NCBI GenBank assembly: GCA_964384355.1
Contig: CAYLLC010000005.1
Span: 1 to 48,828, forward strand
Direction of reading: 5' to 3'
Length of the DNA stretch: 48,828 nt
DNA from: an uncultured Sulfurospirillum sp.
Lineage (GTDB): Bacteria; Campylobacterota; Campylobacteria; Campylobacterales; QNZT01
The translations under genes were made by a program, and so were the position numbers. This document shows positions 9,317 to 17,569 of this stretch, piece by piece. Numbering within the stretch: the stretch's first letter is position 1; every line of letters begins with the position of its first letter. The notes beneath the pieces were generated by a model that made no database searches, was not told the origin of the DNA, and saw nothing but the letters and a program-made list of their open reading frames with translations.

Positions 9317-9739
9317 ATGAAAAAAGGTTTCTCACTGATCGAAATCATGATCGTCATCATCATCCTCGGACTTCTGGCGGGGCTCGTGCTTCCCAATCTG
9401 CTGGGCCAGAGCGAACAGGCGAAAAAGAAGATCGTCTGTATCCAGATGCACAGTATTCAGGATGCGCTCAAGAACTTCAAGCTCCAGAACGGCACCTACC
9501 CCACTACCGAAGAGGGGATCAAAGCGCTGGTCGAGAATCCCGATCCGGAGAAGTACAAGAGCTACCCGGACGGCGGATTTCTCGACGGAAAAGTACCGCT
9601 CGATCCGTGGAAGAACCCCTACATCTACATCAACAACGACGGGGATATCGACATGATCTCACTCGGTGCGGACGGCAAAGAGGGCGGCACCAAAGAGAAC
9701 GCCGACATCAGCTTCAAACAGAGCTGCGAAAAGCGATAG
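9317..9739 (+). CDS. gspG: Major pseudopilin GspG
   Basis: Prepilin leader and cleavage motif MKKG|FSLIEIMIVIIILGLLA, and a GspG core (DPWKNPYIY...SLGADGKEGG). AAGGAA RBS at 9306-9311. The 9245 start in the ORF track adds an unlikely 24-aa extension. Confidence 0.92.
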   Translation: MKKGFSLIEIMIVIIILGLLAGLVLPNLLGQSEQAKKKIVCIQMHSIQDALKNFKLQNGTYPTTEEGIKALVENPDPEKYKSYPDGGFLDGKVPLDPWKNPYIYINNDGDIDMISLGADGKEGGTKENADISFKQSCEKR

Positions 9740-9779
9740 ATTCTCTGCAGTTGCGGTCACTCCGGTGGCCGGACAGACT

Positions 9780-10763
9780 TCATGCCGCCAGCGCTGCAGC
9801 CACCTCCGCAGCCACGGCACCCTCCTCCGTATAGACGAACAGATAGTTGTACGACAGCGATCCCGCCAGTGCGATCAACTCCTCGCCACTATGATAGATC
9901 GTCGGATATTTGACACCCTCCACTTTCGTTTTGGGCGGTACCGCGACGCGTGTCTTGGCCATCCAGCTTCCGACATTGGAAGCATAGCTTTTCGCTTCGA
10001 GAATATCTTCCAGATTGTCGCTGAGTATGACGACTCTGTCGTTGGTCATCACCTGCTGCACGGAGGGCTCACCTTCGGAGAAGATCGGCATGAAGTGTCG
10101 CGTATAGCCGATACGGTCGATATCGTACGCCAGTTCATGCGCTTCGCAAAACGCCACCGCACGCTGCAGTACGGGCAGGTGAAAATGGACCATCTGCTTG
10201 TACTGGTAGATATATTTGCCGATTTTGAAAGTGGTACGAAAGAGGGAATCGGCGCTGACGACATGACCGGGCGCTTTTGCACTGAACGCCCCCTGCTTCG
10301 GACGCAGCCCTGAGAAGAGCGCAGCATCCGATCCGACGAAGAGACGCTTCTCGCTCTCGATCAGCTGCGTGAACGCTCTCTGCCAGTCATCGGAGAGAAA
10401 CGCGACATTGCGCTTATCTTTGAGTATCATGCGCAAAAAACTCATCTCCTTCTCTCCCAGCAGCCAGCAGGTCGCCGATGCATCGTCCCGGATATAGCCG
10501 GCCAGTCGCATTGCGGCGAGACCCGCATCGTCGACGCGCAGCAGGACGCATGCATCGCTCTTTTCGACTTCGACCTCTCTGTCGCAGACCACCGCCGCTG
10601 CACCTCTCCCGACCGCGACTGCGGCGGCAGCGGCATCCGGGACGAAGCAGAGATCGCCCTCCTCCGTATCGTCGGCATATGCCGTCGCGCGAAAGAGCTC
10701 TCTTTGCAGATCGTCACCCTCTGCCGTCGCCCCGATAATCTCTGCAATTTTTTCCAGTTTCAT
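9780..10763 (-). CDS. Hypothetical protein with a MurF-N-terminal-like domain but no nucleotide-binding P-loop
   Basis: 327 aa with ATG start. The N-terminal ~110 aa (MKLEKIAEIIGA...GDLCFVPD...GRGAAAVVCD...VLLRVDDAGLAAMRLAGYIR) follows the pattern of the MurF substrate-binding N-domain. No GxxGKT/S motif follows. Confidence 0.45.
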   Translation of the reverse strand: MKLEKIAEIIGATAEGDDLQRELFRATAYADDTEEGDLCFVPDAAAAAVAVGRGAAAVVCDREVEVEKSDACVLLRVDDAGLAAMRLAGYIRDDASATCWLLGEKEMSFLRMILKDKRNVAFLSDDWQRAFTQLIESEKRLFVGSDAALFSGLRPKQGAFSAKAPGHVVSADSLFRTTFKIGKYIYQYKQMVHFHLPVLQRAVAFCEAHELAYDIDRIGYTRHFMPIFSEGEPSVQQVMTNDRVVILSDNLEDILEAKSYASNVGSWMAKTRVAVPPKTKVEGVKYPTIYHSGEELIALAGSLSYNYLFVYTEEGAVAAEVAAALAA

Positions 10764-10882
10764 ACTATTGGTTCCGTTTTTCGCGTATCATAGCGTATTT
10801 ATGGTTCAAAGCAGTTATATAATAAGGAAAAATTATATTTCGATATGTTAATATAAGCTGATAAACTATCAAAGGAGCACTT

Positions 10883-11296
10883 ATGAAAAAGATTCGATCG
10901 AAAATAGTCATACTCTCTATGCTGGGAAGTGTGCTGACAAGCGGGCTCTATGCCTACAGCAGCGAAGAGCGTATCGCGGATATGCGCCAGATGGAGTCTG
11001 CAGTGCAGCAGATGCAGAAGGGTTTTCTGTACAACAATCTCCAGGATATACAAAAAGGCGCCGAGCTGCTCAAGAAGCATACGGCACGGATCGAGCCTCC
11101 CGTCGCCAAAGATGCCGACTCTTTCAAGCGAAACTACGCCTACGATATCACGAAGCGCGAAGCGAAAAAGATCATCTCACTGGCGGATCAATCGGTCGAA
11201 CAGTATAAAGCACATCGTCCCAAACAGGCGATGAACAGTTTCACCAAAATTCTGAAGCAGTGCATGACTTGCCATGCCAGAATCCGCAAATGGTAG
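10883..11296 (+). CDS. Small exported class II cytochrome c-like protein (helical, single C-terminal CxxCH)
   Basis: 137 aa. AAGGAG RBS, signal peptide, and a heme-attachment motif CMTCH 7 residues from the C-terminus, as in cytochrome c'/c-556. Paralogous to 17142-17561. Confidence 0.6.
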   Translation: MKKIRSKIVILSMLGSVLTSGLYAYSSEERIADMRQMESAVQQMQKGFLYNNLQDIQKGAELLKKHTARIEPPVAKDADSFKRNYAYDITKREAKKIISLADQSVEQYKAHRPKQAMNSFTKILKQCMTCHARIRKW

Positions 11297-11303
11297 CGTA
11301 AGC

Positions 11304-11325
11304 GGAGAGGGGATCTCCCCTCTCC
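11304..11325. terminator. Perfect GC-rich hairpin between convergent genes (bidirectional terminator candidate)
   Basis: ggagagggga-tc-tcccctctcc, a 9-10 bp stem between the cytochrome-like gene stop (11296) and the fadL-like stop (11332). Confidence 0.55.
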
Positions 11326-11331
11326 GATGAT

Positions 11332-12579
11332 TTAGAATTTGAAGCGCAGTGTCGCAGAGACGGATGACTGCTGATTGGAAGCTTCGAGTGCAGGCGTCAT
11401 ATTGGTCGCGGCCTGACTCTCCGTCACTTTCGGAGCGTAGACATACGCCAGATCGAATCCTGTCGTCTTGCTCAACTCATAGGAGAGACCTGCCGTGATA
11501 TGGCTGTCTGTATAGGCAGGAAAACCGAGTGTATTGAAGTAGGCGACATTGAATGCCTGAAACGGTACGCCCGCTACCGTCGCCGGCTTGAAGGTCTTGT
11601 CATGCAGCGGTGATTTCGCGTAGTTGTAACCCGCTCTGAGGACCAGAGCCGGATTGACCTGATAGGAGGCACCCAACGCGATCACATCCTGATCATCCCA
11701 CTGAAACGCATCGTAGCCGTCGGCATTGGACCAGAAGATCTTGCGATAATCGAGTGCGATCGTATAGCCGTAGCAGTCGTCTTTATACCCGATACCGATA
11801 CCCGCTTCGGCAGGCTGTGAGAGTTTGAGATCTTCGTAGACACCGTCGTTGTTGAAATCGAAAACATCCTCATACTTGGTATTGATCTGTGTCTGATAGT
11901 ATGCACCGATCGAGAGACCCGGCATAGGATAGTAACCGACACCCACCTGTCCGCCGACGCCGTAATCTTCACTCACGCCGCCGCTTCTCTGCGCATATCC
12001 CGCCGACGGATTCATAGGGTTGTTGGGTGTCAGTGCCGCGATATTGAGCGCACCGTATGCCAGACTCAGCCCCGCACCCAGTCTCCAGTCATCGATCTTG
12101 TAACTGATACTCGGCACGAAACGCATATACTGCAGCGATGTACGCATATTGGCCAGTCCCTTCTGAGGATCGTCGTTGCGGTAATCCGCACCCATACCCG
12201 ATACACCGAACATACCGACACCGTACGCCAGATCGTCCGTGATATGATCCGAATGGGAGACGCTTGGAATGATCGAGAAGTCAGCCTTGCTGGTACCCTC
12301 CTGCCCGTTTCCGGCCATCGGCATAGGACCGACTTTCGCTTTGACATCCGGCATAAAGGCCGTCGCACCGAACGATGCGTTGAAACCTTTCATATCCACG
12401 ATCCATGCAGGGTTTCTGAAGACCGAATCGGTTCCGACACCGATACCGACACCGACACCACCCATCGCTCTGGATTGTGTACCGACACCTATCATGTTGT
12501 CACCGTTTGTCGCATGCAGCATCGTAGCCGCCAGCAAAGAGAGTCCCAATACTTTCGTAATTTTACCCACAGATTTCAT
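11332..12579 (-). CDS. FadL/OmpP1/TodX-family outer-membrane transport protein (hydrophobic-compound porin)
   Basis: 415 aa. GAAGGAG RBS and signal peptide. Sequence is rich in Gly and aromatic residues in a beta-strand pattern, and the C-terminal residue is Phe (..ATLRFKF). The N-terminal NGDNMIGVGTQSRAMGG hatch-like region is typical of the family. Confidence 0.75.
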   Translation of the reverse strand: MKSVGKITKVLGLSLLAATMLHATNGDNMIGVGTQSRAMGGVGVGIGVGTDSVFRNPAWIVDMKGFNASFGATAFMPDVKAKVGPMPMAGNGQEGTSKADFSIIPSVSHSDHITDDLAYGVGMFGVSGMGADYRNDDPQKGLANMRTSLQYMRFVPSISYKIDDWRLGAGLSLAYGALNIAALTPNNPMNPSAGYAQRSGGVSEDYGVGGQVGVGYYPMPGLSIGAYYQTQINTKYEDVFDFNNDGVYEDLKLSQPAEAGIGIGYKDDCYGYTIALDYRKIFWSNADGYDAFQWDDQDVIALGASYQVNPALVLRAGYNYAKSPLHDKTFKPATVAGVPFQAFNVAYFNTLGFPAYTDSHITAGLSYELSKTTGFDLAYVYAPKVTESQAATNMTPALEASNQQSSVSATLRFKF

Positions 12580-12660
12580 TTTTCTCCTTCTTCTTATAAA
12601 AATAAGTTATATTGTATCTTATTCCGGCTGAAGAAATTATTATAAGATAATTTTATATTG

Positions 12661-12687
12661 ATACAGAGCCCGGAATGGGCTCTGTAT
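12661..12687 (-). terminator. Hairpin downstream of the 1056-aa gene
   Basis: atacagagccc-ggaat-gggctctgtat, an 11-bp perfect stem 7 nt after the stop at 12694. The U-tract is weak. Confidence 0.45.
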
Positions 12688-12693
12688 ATGGTG

Positions 12694-15600
12694 TTATTTG
12701 AAGCGTTTTTCGCAGTCGTTGCGAATGGCATCCGGAATCGTCGCAATTTTCATGAAGTTGGACATCTTGAGTGCCGGATAGTTGATCGAGATATAGTACT
12801 TCGGCTCCATGATCTTCGCGACGCCCTTTTCGATCAGGATCGGATAAGGGAGCAAAAAGGCGTTATGGTAGCCCGTCTTTTTGATGAACTTGGAGGTGCG
12901 CTTCCCAAGCCCCACACCGACGAGATAGCTGTCGGGGCCGATCTGCTGGACGAACTTCAACCCCTTGCCGTTCTTGAGCTTCTCGAGCAGCGCCCTGGAA
13001 GATGGCGCTTTGGCCACGACGACCATATCTTTGTAGTAGGGCATCCCCTCCATGAAGCGGTAGTTCGGCAGCAGGGTGAACTTCAGCTTGTCGCCGGAGT
13101 TTTTCAACCCTTTGAACGCTTTGTTGAGCTTTGTCAAAACCTTTTTGACCGTTTTGTCGTCGTAGGATTCCCCCATATAGGCCCTGGCGAAATAGAGCGG
13201 ATTGGTGACCGCGATCTCGTTGTTCTCTTTATTGACCAATACCCGCATGACACCTGTGAATCCGCTGTTTCTCTTTTTGGCGAGAGCGAGGAGATTCTCA
13301 TCGGTGAAGGTGACCGTCTTGAGGGTACCCTTTTTGTTGACCGGTGTCGCGGCAATCACTTTGAATCCGGCCTGCTTGAGTGCCTCTTCGACATGTGCGA
13401 CATCCATGAAGTTTCCGATCAGATAGGTGCTCACCCGGCCGCTGACAGGCTCGCCGGGCATCGTACCCGCATCCTGCGTCTGCGTATCGGAGCCCTCCGC
13501 GCCGAAATCGGGCGGTCTGCGCTGGCTGAAAATGATACCGCCCTGCTCCTCTTTGCGCGGTGTATAGTGGATATCGGATCCGCCGACCGTGATCACATCG
13601 AGCGGCTGCACCGGTTTTGGCGGCTCAGGCAGTTTGATCTTGTAACCGTTCTGCTTGTCGGCTGCCGGAGCGGGTGCCGGAGATTCTCTCTTTTGCACTT
13701 TTTGCGGTGCCGGCTGCACCGTCTTGACGATCGGGGCTTTGACCGGTGCCGCTTTGGGTGCTATCTTCGGTTTGGTTTCGGCTGTTGCAGCCTCTTTCGC
13801 AGGCTTTTGCACCTTGGCGTTTTTCGATGCTTTGGGTACGATCGCGATCAGCGGATTGGTATTGGCGATCTCCGTTGCACCGAGCTTCCCAGTCATGATC
13901 TCGGGGATCTCACGGTCGAGTTTCGCGATAAAATCTTTGCGCACTTTGTCGTCGATACCGAGTGTCGCCTGCCAGTTGGCCAGTTTGGGCATACCTACGA
14001 TGATGCGGTTTTCACCCTTGCGGATGAACATATACATCGTACAGGGAGCGAAGAGCCCGCCCTCCGGCCTCGCACCGGCATTGTCGAACAGGGTATAGGA
14101 GAATTTGAACTGACAGAGTGAATAGGTCCAGAAAGCGTCGAAACCGGGAATCGTATCTTTCCCGTCACCCTCTTTGAAGTTGTTGTATCCGGCGATGAGA
14201 TAGCCCCCTTTTTCGAAGGCATCCTCGAACTTCTCCTGAAATGCATCCACGACATCTTCGAGTTCCTGCCCCTTCTCGAACGGAATTTCGAAATTCATCA
14301 TGCGATCTTTCGCATACCCTTTCGCCTGAAGTATCTCCTCTTTGCCGCCCAGCTCTTTTGCGATCAGCTTGTCGAGGGCTTCGAGAGACGCCGTATATTT
14401 CTGGCGGAGCTTTGCGTCGGTGATGCTCAGCATATCGAGTATCGCATTGGGCATCAGGTGGCCGACATGCGTCACATTTTCATCCTTTTTCTTGTAGATC
14501 AGGAGATTGAACGGATTGAATCCGGCGATTCGCGGATCGATATTGAAGAGCGGCTTGACGACACCCTCGTTGGCGATCGACATGAAGCTGAGCAGATCGA
14601 GCACCGTTTTGCCGTACTTCTTCTTGTAGTGGTCGTTGACACGCTTGTGCGGGTCGGTCAGCTTGAAGCCGATCCGGTTGATCGACTTTTCTACGAACTG
14701 ATTATATTTTGCCTCGATATTGCCGTCGAAAGTGAACATCTTCGCCAGTCGCATATCCTTGATCGGCAGCGCTTTGACCGCTGTCGGTACGGCGGGAGCG
14801 GCTTGCGCGGCTTTGGCAGGTGTGCTTTGTACCGCCTTCAGGGGGTTGGCGTTATTCGTCGGTTTGGCATCCATTTCATCGACGAGAATCGAAGCGATCT
14901 CTTTATCGAGATGATCCATAAAATCACTGCGCATTTTATCTTTGACATCGAGTGCCACTTTGACATTCTCCAGCAGCGGCATGCCGATGATCAGCTTGTC
15001 GGAGCCTTTGGGGATAAACATATACATCGTACAGGGGGCAAAGACTCCCGCTTCGGGAATCATCCCCTCATTGTCGAAAACGGTACTGGAGTATTTCATA
15101 TGACAGAGCGAATAGGTCCAGAAAGCGTCGAATTTCGTCAGGGTTTTCTCTTCGTCCGGATCTTCGATGAAGTTGTGAAAACCGGCGATCACATATCCAT
15201 GCTGTGCGAAGATATCCTCGAAATTCTCCTGAAACTCATCCACGAAATCATCGACATATTCGGGACGGTCGAAAGTGATCTCGAAATTCATCATCCGTTT
15301 TTCGGGAAGCTTGGTATAGTCGAGATATCCTGCGTTCGCTTTGCCAAACTCCGCTGATAGCATCTCGTCCAGTTTCGTAAACGACGCGATATATTTCTGG
15401 CGCACCTCCGGCTCATCGACACCGGTGATATCGAGAATCGCTTCGGGAGTCATATGGCCGACATGATACGCCTCTTCATCGAGTTTTTTATAGATCAGCA
15501 TGTTGAATGGGTTGAAACCGGCCAGACGCGGATCGATATTGAATAGAGGCTTGACCACGCTGTCGTTGACGACCGGCAGAAAGCTCAGAATATCCAGCGC

Positions 15601-15864
15601 CGTTTTGCCGTAGAGCTTCTTGTAGACATCGTTGACCCTGCGATGCGGATCGGTGAGTTTGAAGCCGAGCTTTTTCATCTTTTCGGTGACGAACTGATTG
15701 AACTTCGCTTCTGTCTCTTTCCCTTTGACATGATAGAGCAGTGCGAGATGCTTGGCTTGTACAGCGGGCTTTGCGGGGGATTCGGCTTTGCCAAAGGCGG
15801 AGCCGGATAGCAGAAAGAGCAGGATCACACCAAGTGCGAACAACCGGGATTTTATATACAACAC
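12694..15864 (-). CDS. Large exported protein built from repeated DUF302-like domains (two ~335-aa tandem modules + Pro/Ala/Lys linker + C-terminal module)
   Basis: The ORF-track start at 15897 is TTG. AAGGAGG at 15871-15877 is followed 7 nt later by GTG at 15864, giving the signal peptide (M)LYIKSRLFALGVILLFLLSGSAFG|K. The protein contains an internal duplication: VVKPLFNIDPRLAGFNPFNMLIYKK / VVKPLFNIDPRIAGFNPFNLLIYKK and FDAFWTYSLCH...FAPCTMYMFIPKG / FDAFWTYSLCQ...FAPCTMYMFIRKG. These patterns resemble DUF302 (TT1751-like) domains. Confidence 0.7.
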   Translation of the reverse strand: MLYIKSRLFALGVILLFLLSGSAFGKAESPAKPAVQAKHLALLYHVKGKETEAKFNQFVTEKMKKLGFKLTDPHRRVNDVYKKLYGKTALDILSFLPVVNDSVVKPLFNIDPRLAGFNPFNMLIYKKLDEEAYHVGHMTPEAILDITGVDEPEVRQKYIASFTKLDEMLSAEFGKANAGYLDYTKLPEKRMMNFEITFDRPEYVDDFVDEFQENFEDIFAQHGYVIAGFHNFIEDPDEEKTLTKFDAFWTYSLCHMKYSSTVFDNEGMIPEAGVFAPCTMYMFIPKGSDKLIIGMPLLENVKVALDVKDKMRSDFMDHLDKEIASILVDEMDAKPTNNANPLKAVQSTPAKAAQAAPAVPTAVKALPIKDMRLAKMFTFDGNIEAKYNQFVEKSINRIGFKLTDPHKRVNDHYKKKYGKTVLDLLSFMSIANEGVVKPLFNIDPRIAGFNPFNLLIYKKKDENVTHVGHLMPNAILDMLSITDAKLRQKYTASLEALDKLIAKELGGKEEILQAKGYAKDRMMNFEIPFEKGQELEDVVDAFQEKFEDAFEKGGYLIAGYNNFKEGDGKDTIPGFDAFWTYSLCQFKFSYTLFDNAGARPEGGLFAPCTMYMFIRKGENRIIVGMPKLANWQATLGIDDKVRKDFIAKLDREIPEIMTGKLGATEIANTNPLIAIVPKASKNAKVQKPAKEAATAETKPKIAPKAAPVKAPIVKTVQPAPQKVQKRESPAPAPAADKQNGYKIKLPEPPKPVQPLDVITVGGSDIHYTPRKEEQGGIIFSQRRPPDFGAEGSDTQTQDAGTMPGEPVSGRVSTYLIGNFMDVAHVEEALKQAGFKVIAATPVNKKGTLKTVTFTDENLLALAKKRNSGFTGVMRVLVNKENNEIAVTNPLYFARAYMGESYDDKTVKKVLTKLNKAFKGLKNSGDKLKFTLLPNYRFMEGMPYYKDMVVVAKAPSSRALLEKLKNGKGLKFVQQIGPDSYLVGVGLGKRTSKFIKKTGYHNAFLLPYPILIEKGVAKIMEPKYYISINYPALKMSNFMKIATIPDAIRNDCEKRFK

Positions 15865-15945
15865 GTCTATGCCTCCTTTTGAATCAGACTTTTGCAAAAA
15901 ACAACAGATAAGAAATTATTATCTTTTGCAAAAGCCTATAAATAG

Positions 15946-15981
15946 AAAAAGCCACTGTCAACTGAATGACAGCGGCTTTTT
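15946..15981 (-). terminator. Rho-independent terminator of the repeat-protein gene
   Basis: aaaaa-gccactgtca-actgaa-tgacagcggc-ttttt. The stem is 10 bp (one G-U on the minus-strand RNA), flanked by A5/T5, 22 nt after the stop at 16003. Confidence 0.65.
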
Positions 15982-16002
15982 GCGGTACGAAATTATGATC
16001 GA

Positions 16003-16953
16003 CTATTTTTTGTCGTCGTCATCCGTAGCTTCTTTGACGGCATCGCTCGTGTCGTGCGAAATCGTTTTGGTAGAGTCGTTTGCATTGTCGGAGACCGTTT
16101 TGACGGAGTCTCTGGAGTCGTTGGAAACGGTTTTGGTCGTATCATCCAGATCGTTGGAGACCTCTTTGACGGCATCGCTCGTGTCGTGTGAAATCGTCTT
16201 GGTAGAGTCGTTTACATTGTCGGAGACCGTTTTGACGGAGTCTCTGGAGTCGTTGGAAACGGTTTTGGTCGTATCATCCAGATCGTTGGAGATCGTCTTG
16301 ACAGAGTCACTCGTATCGTTTGAAATCGTTTTGACCGAATCGCTTGTGTCGTTGGATACCGTTTTGGTCGCATCGTCCAGATCGTTGGATACTGTTTTGA
16401 CCGAATCTCTTGAATCGTTAGAGATTGTCTTGACGGAGTCCGTCGTGTCGTTGGATACTGTTTTGACCGAGTCTCTGGAATCGTTAGATACCGTTTTGAC
16501 GGAATCTCTGGTGTCATGCGATACTTCGACGACGGAATCTTTCATATCTTTGGCAGCGATCGTGGAGCTATCTTTGAGATCGGTAGAGACATTGGTGACG
16601 GAATCTTTGGTATCTTCTGCCACTTCCACAGTCGAATCTCTGATATCTTTACTCACGCTTGTGACACTCTTCTCGGAGCTTCTGACCGTTTCTACTTCAC
16701 TCGTTTTCAGATCGTCGGACATTTTGACAGCCGAATCTTTCGCATCGTGACTCACATTGGTCACTGTTCTTTCCGCACTTTTACTCGTTTCGACAGCACC
16801 GTCTTTCATAGCTTTGACACTGTCTTTCGCATCATGGCTCATAGATGTCACGGCATCTTTCATATCCGTAAACATATCTTGGAAACTAAAATCGGCAGAG
16901 AGTGGAGCCACCATCGCGATTGTCAGTGCACTTGCTAAAACTATTTTTTTCAT
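16003..16953 (-). CDS. Secreted acidic Ser/Thr/Asp-rich protein made of about 26 tandem 11-residue repeats
   Basis: 316 aa. GGAGG RBS, signal peptide MKKIVLASALTIAMVAPLSA, then a continuous 11-mer periodicity (e.g. KTVSNDSRDSV KTVSNDTTDSV KTISNDSRDSV) running to the C-terminal DDDDKK. Confidence 0.8.
   Translation of the reverse strand: MKKIVLASALTIAMVAPLSADFSFQDMFTDMKDAVTSMSHDAKDSVKAMKDGAVETSKSAERTVTNVSHDAKDSAVKMSDDLKTSEVETVRSSEKSVTSVSKDIRDSTVEVAEDTKDSVTNVSTDLKDSSTIAAKDMKDSVVEVSHDTRDSVKTVSNDSRDSVKTVSNDTTDSVKTISNDSRDSVKTVSNDLDDATKTVSNDTSDSVKTISNDTSDSVKTISNDLDDTTKTVSNDSRDSVKTVSDNVNDSTKTISHDTSDAVKEVSNDLDDTTKTVSNDSRDSVKTVSDNANDSTKTISHDTSDAVKEATDDDDKK
16032..16560 (-). repeat. In-frame 33-bp tandem repeats, including a near-identical 132-bp (4 x 33) duplication at 16032-16163 / 16164-16295
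   Basis: Read directly. The unit is gttggaNAcNgttttgaccgaNtcNctNgaatc. The two 132-bp copies differ at about 3 positions. More degenerate 33-bp periodicity continues to about 16860. Confidence 0.85.
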
Positions 16954-17141
16954 AAAAACCTCCAGGTATAAATTTTTTTTATACGAGAATTATAATATTT
17001 TTTTGCTGAATTAGAACTTAATCTATCAGATCTTCTTATATTTTCTTCACGCTTTGAAATAACAATAAATATAAGTAAATTTGATTTATAATCTCTTTTA
17101 CGCTAAAATAGTCTACTCAACTACATTATGAAGGATTACCT

Positions 17142-17561
17142 ATGAAAAAAATGCTCTTTTCGTTCGCACTCACATCTACGCTGCTGCTTGCATCCGATAT
17201 CATGCACTATACCCAGGCCGACAGGATCAAGGATATGCAGACGATGGCCGCAGCGATGGGAGAGATACAGAGCGGGTTTTTCTACAACAATCTCGACATG
17301 ATCAAAGAGGGCGGCCTCAAACTCGTGACGGCACTCGAGAGAGTCGAGCCCCCGCTCGAAGAGAAAGAGGAGAAAGATGTCATGACCAGATTCATGAACA
17401 ACAAAGTCAAAATGACCAACTCGATCAAAAGAAGGGTGCGCAAAAAAGTAACACATATGATAGAGAGCTTCCAAGAGGGTCGGCCTGAAACGGCACTGCA
17501 GGATTTCAAAAAGATCACGGAGAGCTGCATGGCTTGTCATACGCGGCTCAGAAGCTGGTAA
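17142..17561 (+). CDS. Small exported class II cytochrome c-like protein, paralogue of 10883-11296
   Basis: 139 aa. AAGGAT RBS, signal peptide, and C-terminal CMACH. Shares RI.DM..M...IQ.GF.YNNL..I..G and C.xCH.R.R.W with the other copy. Confidence 0.6.
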   Translation: MKKMLFSFALTSTLLLASDIMHYTQADRIKDMQTMAAAMGEIQSGFFYNNLDMIKEGGLKLVTALERVEPPLEEKEEKDVMTRFMNNKVKMTNSIKRRVRKKVTHMIESFQEGRPETALQDFKKITESCMACHTRLRSW

Positions 17562-17569
17562 CGGATACG

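Noticed and set aside
12658-15357. Plus-strand ORFs 12658-14121 and 14458-15357, antisense to the multi-DUF302 gene.
   Set aside because: Their translations are low-complexity. The minus strand carries a coherent exported protein with an internal duplication, an RBS and a signal peptide.
15865-15897. Longer upstream start codons proposed by the ORF track: 15897 (TTG), 17534 (TTG), 8177 (TTG), 27978 (GTG), 37882 (TTG), 9245, 24320, 33604, 36926 and 39759.
   Set aside because: In each case a downstream start has a better Shine-Dalgarno spacing, yields a proper signal peptide or canonical N-terminus, or avoids a deep overlap with the preceding gene.
16032-16860. Regular 33-bp repeats that could be mistaken for a CRISPR array.
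   Set aside because: The repeats are contiguous with no unique spacers. They are in frame within a 316-aa ORF that has an RBS, a signal peptide and a terminator, and they encode an 11-residue protein repeat.
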